Shown here piece after piece: positions 20,336 through 30,979 of a stretch of 64,000 nt of DNA. The translations under genes and the position numbers were made by a program. The stretch covers positions 742,807-806,806 of the forward strand of contig NW_005434655.1 in the NCBI RefSeq assembly GCF_000315625.1, given 5' to 3'. The notes below the pieces were generated by a model. That model was given only the letters and a program-made list of their open reading frames with translations, ran no database searches and was not told the DNA's origin. Positions within the stretch are counted from its first letter, which is position 1. Each line of letters begins with the position of its first letter. Source of the DNA: Guillardia theta CCMP2712 (taxonomy: Eukaryota; Protista; Cryptophyta).

Positions 20336-22580
20336 GTGAACGGCATGATGTTTGGCCGTTTCAGGCCTGCAAAGAGCATTCTCATGGGCATGCATAGATG
20401 CGATTGGAACTCCGTCGCGATAACTGGAAAGGTGATAGCGAAGTGTGGGAATGGTAGATGGATGGTTGATTGGTACTTGCCTGGTGAAAGAATGAAAATT
20501 AGCGTCTTGGAGAGTACCTTACGATCCACATTGTTGCCTGGGGAAATGCCAAATTTGCAAAATTCTACCAATGTTTCCGCTGCCCGCGATGTAGCCGCGT
20601 CCGATGACGCTGGCTCTAATGATGTAGTGGTGTCTCATCATGACCCTGTCCCTATGCAAGGGGAATCAAACCATGAAAATGATTCCTCTTCGCCTATGAC
20701 CATCAATTGCAATTTTGGAGAAAATGTCCTCGTTTGGCAGTTATCACCGACTGGTGTTGCAGAAGATCAACGACTGTCAAGTGGATTTGCAATGCGCAAA
20801 ACTGTGATTCGCTGGACACCAGCTCTGCAGATCCTTGACGAGAAAACTCCATTTGATTGCTGGAAATTTCTGCTTCCGTGGAAGTATTTTTTCGGAGATT
20901 GTGACGAAACTGGATGTTGTTTGCTCTGGACGAACAATTCTTTGCCAGCAAATGTGAAACCGTTCACTGTACATGAATGGCTTCAGTTCATGGGTGTGCT
21001 GTTCATGAGAACTCTACATCCACACGGTCCAATAAGGAGTTTATGGGGCAGCGATTACGACTCTGCCAGTCCGCCTGTTGATTTGGGTAAGCGCTTTGGA
21101 GTCAGTCGTTGTCGATTCGAACAATGGCGAAAGCACATAAAATTCGCTCCTCCGTATGCATACATTACAGACAATGCTTTTAATTGTATCCGACCCCTTA
21201 TACACGCTTTCAATGCGAACAGATTGCAAACAATTCGTCCTGGATCTGAATTGATTTTGGATGAAAGCATGGGTAAATGGATACCAGTTGCTGAGGTATC
21301 CTACCATATTGTGTTGGAAATTTGTGTGACTGACTTTGTATGAAGGACGTTGATGATGGAATCCCATTTCTAACAAAAATTGCCCGAAAACCACAAGGTA
21401 TTGGCAGTGAGTACAAGAACATTGCAGAGTGTACCTACGGAATTATGTTGCAGCTGGAGTTACAAGAAGGCAAACGAGTGATGGAGAATCAAGAATTTAC
21501 TGATCAATATCCGAAGCATACATCATGGGTTCTCAGATTGATGAATCCTTACTTCAACCAGGGTCACATTCTTTACGCAGATTCCGCGTAAAGAATGTGC
21601 GTAAAGAATGTGACCAGATTCCGCGTGATTAACGCGTTATATGAAGACGTTGAATATTTTCTCCTGGAGCTTGGCCAATACTTTCGATCCTATCTGAAGC
21701 CATTATTTCCTGTTCCATGGGCTATGTCAGGAGGATTCAAGTCCAAGTTGGCTCCGATCAAAGCTCTGGCGTATATGATATGGGAAGTCAGAAAGCGCAG
21801 TGGGAATCTCAATGCCACTCCGGATAAAACGCGGATGGAGCTTCTGACGCTGGCAAAGTCGAAATTGCCTGACATATCTACCTTCCACAGCGTTATGGTC
21901 CAGATGAAGATCCTGCTTAACAAGTTGGAAGATGTAGCGGGAGAGGAATCAGTGAAAGCCTTGGAAATGATTTTGGTGGAGGAGCTGATCAAGCAATGTT
22001 ATCTCTCAGATTGTGCCGATATTCGAGATGTCGCGCGCTTGAATAAGCGGTCCAAGTTGTCAACCGAATTGACTTGGGAGGAGGTGTACTCTTGGGCTGT
22101 AAATTTGAATGAGTTTGGCATTGATTCAACGATGTCGATGACTGATATTCAAGGAATGGCAATGCAAATTCGGTGAATACCAGAAGAAACCGATCGGAGG
22201 CTAGTGCAGTAAGAGGTGCTACGAAGACCGTATCAACTTCATGGCAGCATAATGGCAGGGAAATGTTCATTTTCGGGCATGCATGGAATGAACCTGGCAG
22301 GCCTGATACCCCAAGAAAACTTCTCATTTCGACATGGAATACAACAGAAGAAACCGATCCCCATTTGAAAATTCGGTATCGACGGAAGGGTCAGCCAGGA
22401 ACAGGGAAGAAAAAAACACTGTCAACGCCAAGAACGGCCATGATCAAGTCATATTTCAACGGAGCATCTGTGATCGATGTGCACAATCACCTGAGACAGA
22501 GTGGACTGGGACTGGAAGAAAAAGTTGGAACTCATGACTGGAGATTCAGAATGTTCTGTACGATACTTGGGTTCGTTGAA
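20336..22580 (+). mobile_element. piggyBac-like (DDE_Tnp_1_7 type) transposase, disrupted
   Basis: SRCRFEQW, LILDESMGKW, KIARKPQGIGSEYK, LYADSA and YFNGASVIDVHNHLRQ. Probable intron at ~21296-21345; interrupted at ~21590-22170 and truncated at ~22580. Confidence 0.8.
21626..22169 (+). repeat. Inverted copy of a Copia gag segment (source 22733-23275) inserted in the piggyBac-like ORF
   Basis: Near-identical peptide INALYEDVEYF...IQGMAMQ in ORFs 21595-22176(+) and 22449-23612(-). Confidence 0.9.
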
Positions 22581-23630
22581 ATTACAATTAATCTTTCCTC
22601 CTGCCGTCATGACAAAGAAATCGTCTCCCGATTGTACGTCTGAGAGGAGGGATTCGTCCCCAACCATGGTAACATTTGCACCAGAATCAAGCAAAAAATT
22701 GACAACCCTTCCGTCACCGTCTCCTACCATACTTTGCATTGCCATTCCTTGAATATCAGTCATCGACATCGTTGAATCAATGCCAAACTCATTCAAATTT
22801 ACAGCCCAAGAGTACACCTCCTCCCAAGTCAATTCGGTTGACAACTTGGACCGCTTATTCAAGCGCGCGACATCTCGAATATCGGCACAATCTGAGAGAT
22901 AACATTGCCTGATCAGCTCCTCCACCAAAATCATTTCCAAGGCTTTCACTGATTCCTCTCCCGCTACATCTTCCAACTTGTTAAGCAGAATCTTCATCTG
23001 GACCATAACGCTGTGGAAGGTAGATATGTCAGGCAATTTCGACTTTGCCAGCGTCAGAAGCTCCATCCGCGTTTTGTCCGGAGTGGCATTGAGATTCCCA
23101 CTGCGCTTTCTGACTTCCCATATCATATACGCCAGAGCTTTGATCGGAGCCAACTTGGACTTGAATCCTCCTGACATAGCCCATGGAACAGGAAATAATG
23201 GCTTCAGATAGGATCGAAAGTATTGGCCAAGCTCCAGGAGAAAATATTCAACGTCTTCATATAACGCGTTAATCATCGCGGCATCCATCTCCTTGCCATC
23301 AGAATCCCTTCGGCTTACCCCCTTCTTTTTCTTCTTGCCAGAAGCACTCACTGGATTGCCGGAATCACCGTCATCAACGGGACTACCATACTGATCCGAC
23401 ACCGTCTTGGACAAATTTTGCAACTGCTCCACATAATCTCGAATCTGCCCGCTCTTCCTCCAACAAAATTTGGCATTCAGGAAAAGCAAAACGACCAACT
23501 CGCCATCCACATTCACACTCTTGTTCTTTTCCCATACAGTATGAAACTCACCACCAAAATTACCGAGTTGATCGAGTGGAAACTCTCGTATCAGCGGGCC
23601 CGGGCCAAACACAAGCCCAATCCATTCATT
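22581..23630 (-). mobile_element. LTR retrotransposon gag + aspartic protease fragment (Copia-like)
   Basis: FLLDSGANVTMV protease motif after a helical gag-like region; adjacent to a Copia RT. Confidence 0.65.
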
Positions 23631-23744
23631 GCATTCTGAATCGGAAGCAGAAGTTCATCCAATTCCTCCTGTGACGTCACAGATCCTTTGAGAAATTTTC
23701 ACGTGAGCTTAAATTCTTGGGTTCAGAGGCAGTTGGACATGATT

Positions 23745-24789
23745 AAATACGGTCTACAAATATGAACACAACGGTTCACGACTTCTTCTTACGACATGGG
23801 TGGATGATCTTCTTATTGTGTGTGAAAATCAGGAAGTATGTGATCATTTTCTGAATCAGCTGAGCAAGGTATTTGATTTTTCTGGAAGTGAAGCCACTGG
23901 TACATTTCTTGGGATTCGTGTTCATCAAGATTTAACGAAAGGGACTATCACGCTGAGTCAGAAACATTTCATTGAACAACTGATTGACAAGTTCGGAATT
24001 CCTCTGCGTTCAGTGTTTACGATCCTTCCTGGTTTGTACATGCGGACTTATCATCTTGAAGGAGAATTGCTAGACAAATCTGCAGTGCGGCAGTATCAAG
24101 CACTTCTTGGGACAATTCTGTATATCGCAAATGGCACAAGAGCAGACATTGCCTTCGCTGTTAGTCTTCTGAGCAGATTTTCGAGAGCGCCCAGAGCTCG
24201 TGATTGGGAGGCGCTGCTACATCTCGCGAGGTATTTACACACTACAAGAGACATTTGTATCGTTTATCACAACAGAGGAGTATTTGTGAATCAAGAAATC
24301 CTTCACAATCAGCTGGTGGCAGCTAGCGACAGCGACTGGGGAACTGATGTTTTGACAAGGAGGAGTCAATCTGGCTACGCGATTGTGATGAACGGAGGTG
24401 TAATCTCATATGGATCCAAGGCACAGAAAGTTATCTCCTTGTCATCGTCAGAGGCAGAAATTTATGCTACCTCTGTAGTTGCCAAACACGTCAAGATGTA
24501 TCGTAACTTGCTACAGAAGTTGGGGTTTCCACAGTCCGGCCCGACGATGTTGCTCCTGGATAACGAGCCCTGTATCCGTTTGCTGACAGAGAAGAGAGCT
24601 TATTCTCGGTTGAAACACATAGATGAAGGGGATCTGTTACCTGTGAAGGTGCCTACAAAGTTTCAGCCTGCGGATTTGTTCACAAAGATTTTGCCATTGA
24701 CGAGATGGAAAGCAGTGAGTTCTTTTCTCTTTGGTGAAGATTTGAATTACTTTGCCTTGGGAAGTCATGGCGACGAGCTGGATGAGTGA
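23745..24789 (+). mobile_element. Ty1/Copia reverse transcriptase C-terminus + RNase H fragment
   Basis: WVDDLL, FLGI, YQALLG..LY, TRADIAFAV, SDSDWG, SSSEAE, DNE, KHID and QPADLFTK. Confidence 0.9.
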
Positions 24790-27033
24790 CACATCTCTGC
24801 TTACGATTATGAGTGCGTGACTCATTAGGTGTGCAAGCTTGGGGGGTGGAACAATGTTGGAAAGAAGGATTCTTGTCAGCCAGGGTGGCGCAGTTGCAGG
24901 ACATGGGGGGAAAGATTTTCTACAGAATCAAAGCAGTATGATTTCTGTCGCAACTGTGTGCTGACTGTAGTTGTAGAGACTGCCTGGAGACAGCGCTTTG
25001 GGAGCAACTTTGAACTTCAGTGGGATTTATCCCAGCTTGAATACAATGGGGTTCATCGTACAGCTGGTATCAACGAGCAATCGCCTGCACCAATCTCTGA
25101 TTCAGGGAGGGAGAACCTTGGAAGGAAGGTTTGATATTGAGAAGTAGAATCAGATGATTGGCATGGCGTGGTATCAAGCTTCTTCTCCCGAAGACTGTTC
25201 AAGGAACTCTAGGTCAAGTCAAGCAGATTAGGATGTGAAGCCTCCCATCATGATCGCAAGATACAAGACCTATGATCGCAAGAATTGAAATGAGAATTGA
25301 AATTGATGAAAAATCGGCCGTTAAGAAATTGAGAAATTGAAAATGAAGAGATGATTGATGGGGAAAGGCAAATGAAAGAAGATCATATGGTCAATATGAG
25401 AATTGAAATGAACATGCATGCAAATGAAATCTCAAGAGCTCTCAGGTGAAATGGCGCCAAATCAATCTTTCATACCGCGGTTAGATAGCGATTTGTTAGA
25501 TGGGCCCGTAGAGCAGGATAGTTAGGACAAACACATTGGTCATGAATGAGGTGGACATCATTGGGTGGAAAATTTGGATTGAGAAAGTCAGATGGGTGAC
25601 AATTGAAATCGGATGGGATTTGAAGCACAATGATGGGATGGATGACGAGATGATCAGAAAGGTGTCTGGGGAGCCTGACTGATCAGAGGGGAAGCCTGAC
25701 GAACAAGTGCAGTGCGGCACAGTCGAGTTCAGGTGGTGGAGGAGTGTTGATGGTACTGACGAGGTTTCTATGAAGGAGAATATGTAGGTAAAAGATGGAT
25801 GGAAGGAGCTTGGAGCATGGACTGAGGAGGATCTAGGGGGAAGAAGCAGCTTTGATCTTGGAGGACGAGATTGCGATTCAGGAAGACGCAGGGAGGAGCT
25901 TGCGTGGAGGATGCAGGAAGCTTGATGGAGGAGAAGGTGATGCAGGAAGGATGCAGGAAGCTTGGAGGAGGAGAGCGCGGTGTTGCAGCTTGGAGGAGGA
26001 GAGCGCGGTGTTGCAGCTTGGAGGAGGAGCAGGGAGATGTTTAAAAAGGGGGTTCCCAGAGGATGAAGGATGAAGTGGAAAAGGAAGCTGAGAATCTCGC
26101 TGAACTTCGTCAGGGAGGGTGTAAGAACTCGGATAAGTTCTTGGAGACGGCGAGAAGTTCAGGGTATTGCGTCTCATCGGTGGACAAAGCTCAGCGAGAT
26201 GGAAGTGGGTTTCGACATAGGTCTGGAATTAAGGAATCGACGAGCCTGAGGGTCAGGCGGAGAAGAGGGGGTTAGGAGGACACGTGTCCATTGCGCGCTG
26301 TGCATTGTACTGGGTTACAAGGGACTGAAGGGAAGGTGACTGCTGTGAATAAAGGAAGTGTTGGTGGTGTTGTGTGGTTCTTCTGAGAGTTCTATCACCA
26401 TCAGTGAAGGTGTTAGAGACTGCACAGCTGTGTATCGTTGAGGTGAATAAGGTTGGTGTGAGGATCTCAGGTGTACTGAGAGTTAGTCTTTGGTGGATCT
26501 TGGGTTAAACAGAATTCTGGCCAGTGAGGTGGAGGTTGATTCGATTAAACTTCAAATCCGATCAAATTAAGCACCGCGATTGTTTCATCGCGGTTAGTTA
26601 AATTTAAAAGTTAGATTTTTAAACTCCCCTGGTGAGCCCCCCTGACCCGCCTTGGCTCCATGCTGCCCCTCCCGCACTGCGGCGGCATAAGTCGCCCCCA
26701 ACGCGCTGATCATCAAGAGCAATGCTCCTCTTACTGGGTTATCCTATGATACACATCGATAGCATCCAATACACCGTAAAGTGCACTTTCTCAATCCATC
26801 ACATTCTGTAGGATTTTGCTAAGGTACGCCTTAATTCTGTGTATAGGGTAGTCGCTGGGAAATAAGGGGTGGTATCTTGGTTTGAATATTAGTACCAGAT
26901 AATTTCAGATGGTCTCAAATCTAGATTGAAAGTGAGGTTATAAATAATTTTAGTCAGGGATAATAGTACAAATTAAAATATTCTTATTTCCGTCTCTGAG
27001 GCTCTCCCCCAGACACCTACCTCCTTCATCGGC

Positions 27034-28182
27034 ATGGATCGACGCAATGCAGCTGCAGATGCGGACTTGAAAAGAAGAAAGCTGGAGCAGAGAGATCATG
27101 AGACAGGGCTAAATATCCGAGAAAGGGTAGTTGGTGAATCTAGAGCGCAAATCCCCCTATGCTTTGCATCACTTGAGGCTTCAGATGTCTTGAATGCTCC
27201 TAAATATTTCTCTTGTGACTGGGACATGGAGTTTGATTTGATTCCTTCTGTTGGTGTCTTTTTTCACGATGTGCATAAGAAGCATAGATGCGGATTGATC
27301 AAGGAAGTCACTGCAGATAAAATGCTTGAAGTGTATGTGCTGTACAGCAAAGAGACTTTGACGGAAGTGTTTGAGAACATTTCCCAAGCCGACAAGCGAA
27401 GATATCGCAGATATCTCGATTCCATGCAACCCAACGATTGTTTTCAGAGCATCTACACTGATATTCTTCCACTGGCTGATGTGGTCGGAATATTCAAAGT
27501 TACATTTCCTTTCTGTTCTGTCCAAAGTGCCATTCAGAGTACTCTACAACATTTGCGTGTGATCGGATGGCTTTGTTTTGAAAATGTGAACAGGGACGAG
27601 CGACTCCAAATGGGGTTCTTCCAAAAATTTCGTCTGACAGCTGATATGCTGCACTCATATTTTGGACAACCAGGAAATACGATCGATTATTTCAAAACCT
27701 CTACAGAGCTTGGGATAATCAGAGACACTCTAAAGCGATGGCTCAATGCTCGTGGAGCTGTTAATTGGAATCCAAGGAAAGCAAGGAGGCTTGACTTCGA
27801 CATTCATATTCCTGTATTCAATTGCATACTTGCCTTATTGCAAAAGGTCCCAATTGATGACAAGCTTGTTACGTGTGCGGGATCAGAAAATGGGAAACAA
27901 TTCACTTGGTGCATAGATGCAGAATTGTTGAAAACTGCTTTGTTTCAGAGAGAGCTGCACATCCCTCTCAAAGCGAATCCTTATGATTTAGGACCTGCGA
28001 GGGGCACTATCTATCTTGAAGGTCCGCTGTATTTTACACTCGTTTCCAAGCCTAGCTTGAACGTCGATCGAGCTGTAATTAAAATGAAATTTTCGAGAAT
28101 CGTGCGATTAGGCTGGAATAATGAAAATAATCTGGGAATTCCCAGACCCTTGACTCTTTTGGCGCTTCGTTTTCTCCGATGA
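27034..28182 (+). CDS. Convergent partner protein, 382 aa (paralog of 13569-14711)
   Basis: Colinear similarity to the 380-aa protein over nearly its full length; basic NLS-like LKRRKL at the N-terminus; BAH-like DCFQSIYTDILPLADVVGIFKV. Confidence 0.7.
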   Translation: MDRRNAAADADLKRRKLEQRDHETGLNIRERVVGESRAQIPLCFASLEASDVLNAPKYFSCDWDMEFDLIPSVGVFFHDVHKKHRCGLIKEVTADKMLEVYVLYSKETLTEVFENISQADKRRYRRYLDSMQPNDCFQSIYTDILPLADVVGIFKVTFPFCSVQSAIQSTLQHLRVIGWLCFENVNRDERLQMGFFQKFRLTADMLHSYFGQPGNTIDYFKTSTELGIIRDTLKRWLNARGAVNWNPRKARRLDFDIHIPVFNCILALLQKVPIDDKLVTCAGSENGKQFTWCIDAELLKTALFQRELHIPLKANPYDLGPARGTIYLEGPLYFTLVSKPSLNVDRAVIKMKFSRIVRLGWNNENNLGIPRPLTLLALRFLR

Positions 28183-28349
28183 TTCTCCCTCCCTTAGTGC
28201 TTTGAAGGAGAGTGGAGGGGATAGAACGCAACATACGTTTACAACGCAGCATACGTTCTAGTAAACGTATGTTCATCGGATTAAGAAGGAGAGCAGAGGG
28301 GAAAGGACAAACGATACAGATTAGCCGCAACATACATTTACTAGAACAA

Positions 28350-30692
28350 TCAGGTATGAACATCAGGTGTGCATTCGTTGAACGAGTGCAGAGCTAATTC
28401 AGACAGAGTGAAGTAAGACTGACAATCCTTCCTTGTTTTCTCTCCTGCTCCACACGGTCCATGTTCACTCAGGCTTTCGCCTTGCTGCTTCCTTTTCCCG
28501 CTCATTGCACAATTAATGGCTGGAATCGAGGTTTTGTAGCTGTGACGTCCCAAAAGCTGATGACGTCGTTCTACACAAGACAAACTCATCAAACCCATTG
28601 GGATTCCAAAAGTATTCCACAAATAGGTAAATTGTTCTCCAATATGACCCACCATCAGCGAGTGCAGGTAGTGACTCTGCAATTGCTTGGAATCTGCGAT
28701 GAGACAGATGATTTTTGTACACCAACTTCTGATTTCGATTGGTAAATTCTGAACATCTTCGCTGCTGATAGCTTCTGAATGCTGGCATGACAAAACTGTG
28801 ATTATTTGTTTCCATTGCTCAATAGCACTTCTCCACAATTGAAGTTTTTCACCATCTGGAACCAACGAAGAAATAAGTGTATCGAAAATACGGATAAACT
28901 GATCGCACTGAGGTCCGCTCAGATTCCTTTGCGAATCCTTGTCCTTCAATACGATCTTGATATTGTTGTCAGCCAATAGCTTGTTGATTGCTGACAACTT
29001 GGACCTGTTTACTGCCAGGTGCACGACGTGATTTACCAACATGTTAACAATCCGAATTTTCAGATGCAACATACAGTAAATGAAATGAATAGTGTCAAAA
29101 TTTAGTTCTTCAAGATAGCGACATTTTCTGGAGATCTTCACAGAGCGCAGCAATGGAAGGGAAAGTCCGGCAACGTCAATTTTTTCATCGGGATCTGCGA
29201 AGCATTGATTGAGTTTATCTTGATTCGAAGTCGATGCCAAAGCCTGGAACAGATGCTCGTTGAAATCTTCAATTAGGTTCGTCAAATTGGAACTGTTGGT
29301 TTTGAGAATCATGTCGTTCAGTAGCTTAACACTAAGAGGATCTGTACCATGCATCCTGCAAAGTTCTCGGAAGCTGACTGGCCCACCATTTATCTCCCGA
29401 ATTTGGAGGAACTTTCCAGATTTCCGATCTGAAGTTTGTTCACAACAATGAATACAGAAAGTACCGTCTGAGTCGTTTCTGCCCCCGTGACTTAGCAGAG
29501 AATTTTGTCCCATTAAATCTGCTCTGAAGAACAAGACAAATTTGATGGTAGCATCCCCTATCTTCAAACCATCTCTGAGAATGGATACTATGTCAGGCTG
29601 ATAGGGCTCCCAGAAATTGAATTTCAGAGTTGCTGTAGTGTCTGACAAAGGAATTATCATTAGGGTACAAGCGTCCGAAGCTTGTCTTATGCGCTTTTCC
29701 TCTTCCGCCCATTGCTGAAGATTTTTGCAATACTTCTTTGGAACAAACACCGTGAAACTAATTTCTGTATGCTTGGTGTCTCCACCGAGATTCCGGATAA
29801 GCAGCGCAGCATCTGAGTTCAAAGTCATAGCAATGATGTTCTCACGGTCTAGGCCAAGTTGCTTGAGTTTCATGGTGAGACTAGTTTTGAGACTGAGTCC
29901 ATGGCCATGGTCTCGAGTGGAAAACATCTTCAAGTTTTTCTTCAGCCAGATTTTCTTCATGACCCTCGTCTTACAGATTAGCTTCGCAGAAACTGCAACC
30001 CTCTTCAATCTTTTCACGTGTGAATGATACGCGATGTAGGACCTCATAGGCATTCTGGATGCATGCACTCCAGTACATGCTTCATTGACATTCGGCGCGT
30101 ATGCTCGGGCAACATATTTCAATTTCTTTTCAAATTTTTCGTCGGTAGGGATTTTTGTTTCAATGCACTTCTTGACGTTCTCATTCTGCATTAGGCCAAG
30201 GATAACTTTGTCAATCAACAAAGGGTTCATCCTTGGCGACACATTTGACTCTTCTCGTGGCCGCAAGCAATTTCCAAGACGTTTCCATAGCTCTTCATGC
30301 GGTAGATCTTTCACTCCATGAATGATCGCTACCATCTGCAACACCTTCAACAAAACTGGGACCATGTATTCATTATATGCAATTTCCAACGCTTCTTGCG
30401 CCTCCGGGTCTTCGACATAGTCAAAATTGATGGGGTTCTCGTGGTGAGGCTTTGAAATTTTCGATTGAATGTCTTGCCAAAACTGATCAAACGTCTTGCA
30501 GGGAGGCGCGATTGGCCAATCGGTCAGATTTTCGCCCACGCTATTCAAAAATTTGCCAATGTGCGGCTGCCCAGGACACTTCGAATCCTTAGTGTAAACG
30601 AAATTTCTCACTGCAGCATGTTGTTCTATGCAGCGCAAAGCATTTCCTTGTATGAGCACCCTCTTCGCTCGTTCGGCATCATCATGAGACAA
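28350..30692 (-). CDS. RAG1/Transib/Chapaev-like DDE transposase, 780 aa, intact
   Basis: LNSDA, FRADL, FCIHC, YCMLHLKIR, LSGPQC, YLHSLMVGH and SCVERRH, all conserved with the 888-aa paralog. Confidence 0.75.
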   Translation of the reverse strand: MSHDDAERAKRVLIQGNALRCIEQHAAVRNFVYTKDSKCPGQPHIGKFLNSVGENLTDWPIAPPCKTFDQFWQDIQSKISKPHHENPINFDYVEDPEAQEALEIAYNEYMVPVLLKVLQMVAIIHGVKDLPHEELWKRLGNCLRPREESNVSPRMNPLLIDKVILGLMQNENVKKCIETKIPTDEKFEKKLKYVARAYAPNVNEACTGVHASRMPMRSYIAYHSHVKRLKRVAVSAKLICKTRVMKKIWLKKNLKMFSTRDHGHGLSLKTSLTMKLKQLGLDRENIIAMTLNSDAALLIRNLGGDTKHTEISFTVFVPKKYCKNLQQWAEEEKRIRQASDACTLMIIPLSDTTATLKFNFWEPYQPDIVSILRDGLKIGDATIKFVLFFRADLMGQNSLLSHGGRNDSDGTFCIHCCEQTSDRKSGKFLQIREINGGPVSFRELCRMHGTDPLSVKLLNDMILKTNSSNLTNLIEDFNEHLFQALASTSNQDKLNQCFADPDEKIDVAGLSLPLLRSVKISRKCRYLEELNFDTIHFIYCMLHLKIRIVNMLVNHVVHLAVNRSKLSAINKLLADNNIKIVLKDKDSQRNLSGPQCDQFIRIFDTLISSLVPDGEKLQLWRSAIEQWKQIITVLSCQHSEAISSEDVQNLPIEIRSWCTKIICLIADSKQLQSHYLHSLMVGHIGEQFTYLWNTFGIPMGLMSLSCVERRHQLLGRHSYKTSIPAINCAMSGKRKQQGESLSEHGPCGAGEKTRKDCQSYFTLSELALHSFNECTPDVHT

Positions 30693-30720
30693 TTCAGGTT
30701 GAGGTTGAGCAGTTGAGAGC

Positions 30721-30979
30721 TCAGGCTGAGAGCTTGGGTGCTCACTCGAGTCAGGCTGAGAGCTTGGGTGCTCACTCGAGTCAGGCTGAGAGCTTGGGTG
30801 CTCACTCGAGTCAGGCTGAGAGCTTGGGTGCTCACTCGGCGAGTCAGGCTGAGAGCTTGGGTGCTCACTCGAGTCAGGCTGAGAGCTTGGGTGCTCACTC
30901 GAGTCAGGCTGAGAGCTTGGGTGCTCACTCGAGTCAGGCTGAGAGCTTGGGTGCTCACTCGAGTCAGGCTGAGAGCTTG
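30721..30979. repeat. 30-bp tandem minisatellite, 8 full units plus a partial one
   Basis: TCAGGCTGAGAGCTTGGGTGCTCACTCGAG repeated; one unit has a 3-nt insertion; degenerate copies extend to ~31050; no spacers. Confidence 0.95.

Noticed and set aside
21595-22176. Independent 193-aa gene
   Set aside because: It is an inverted duplicate of part of the neighbouring gag ORF
30721-30979. CRISPR-like array
   Set aside because: Units are contiguous with no unique spacers, no cas genes are present and the context is eukaryotic
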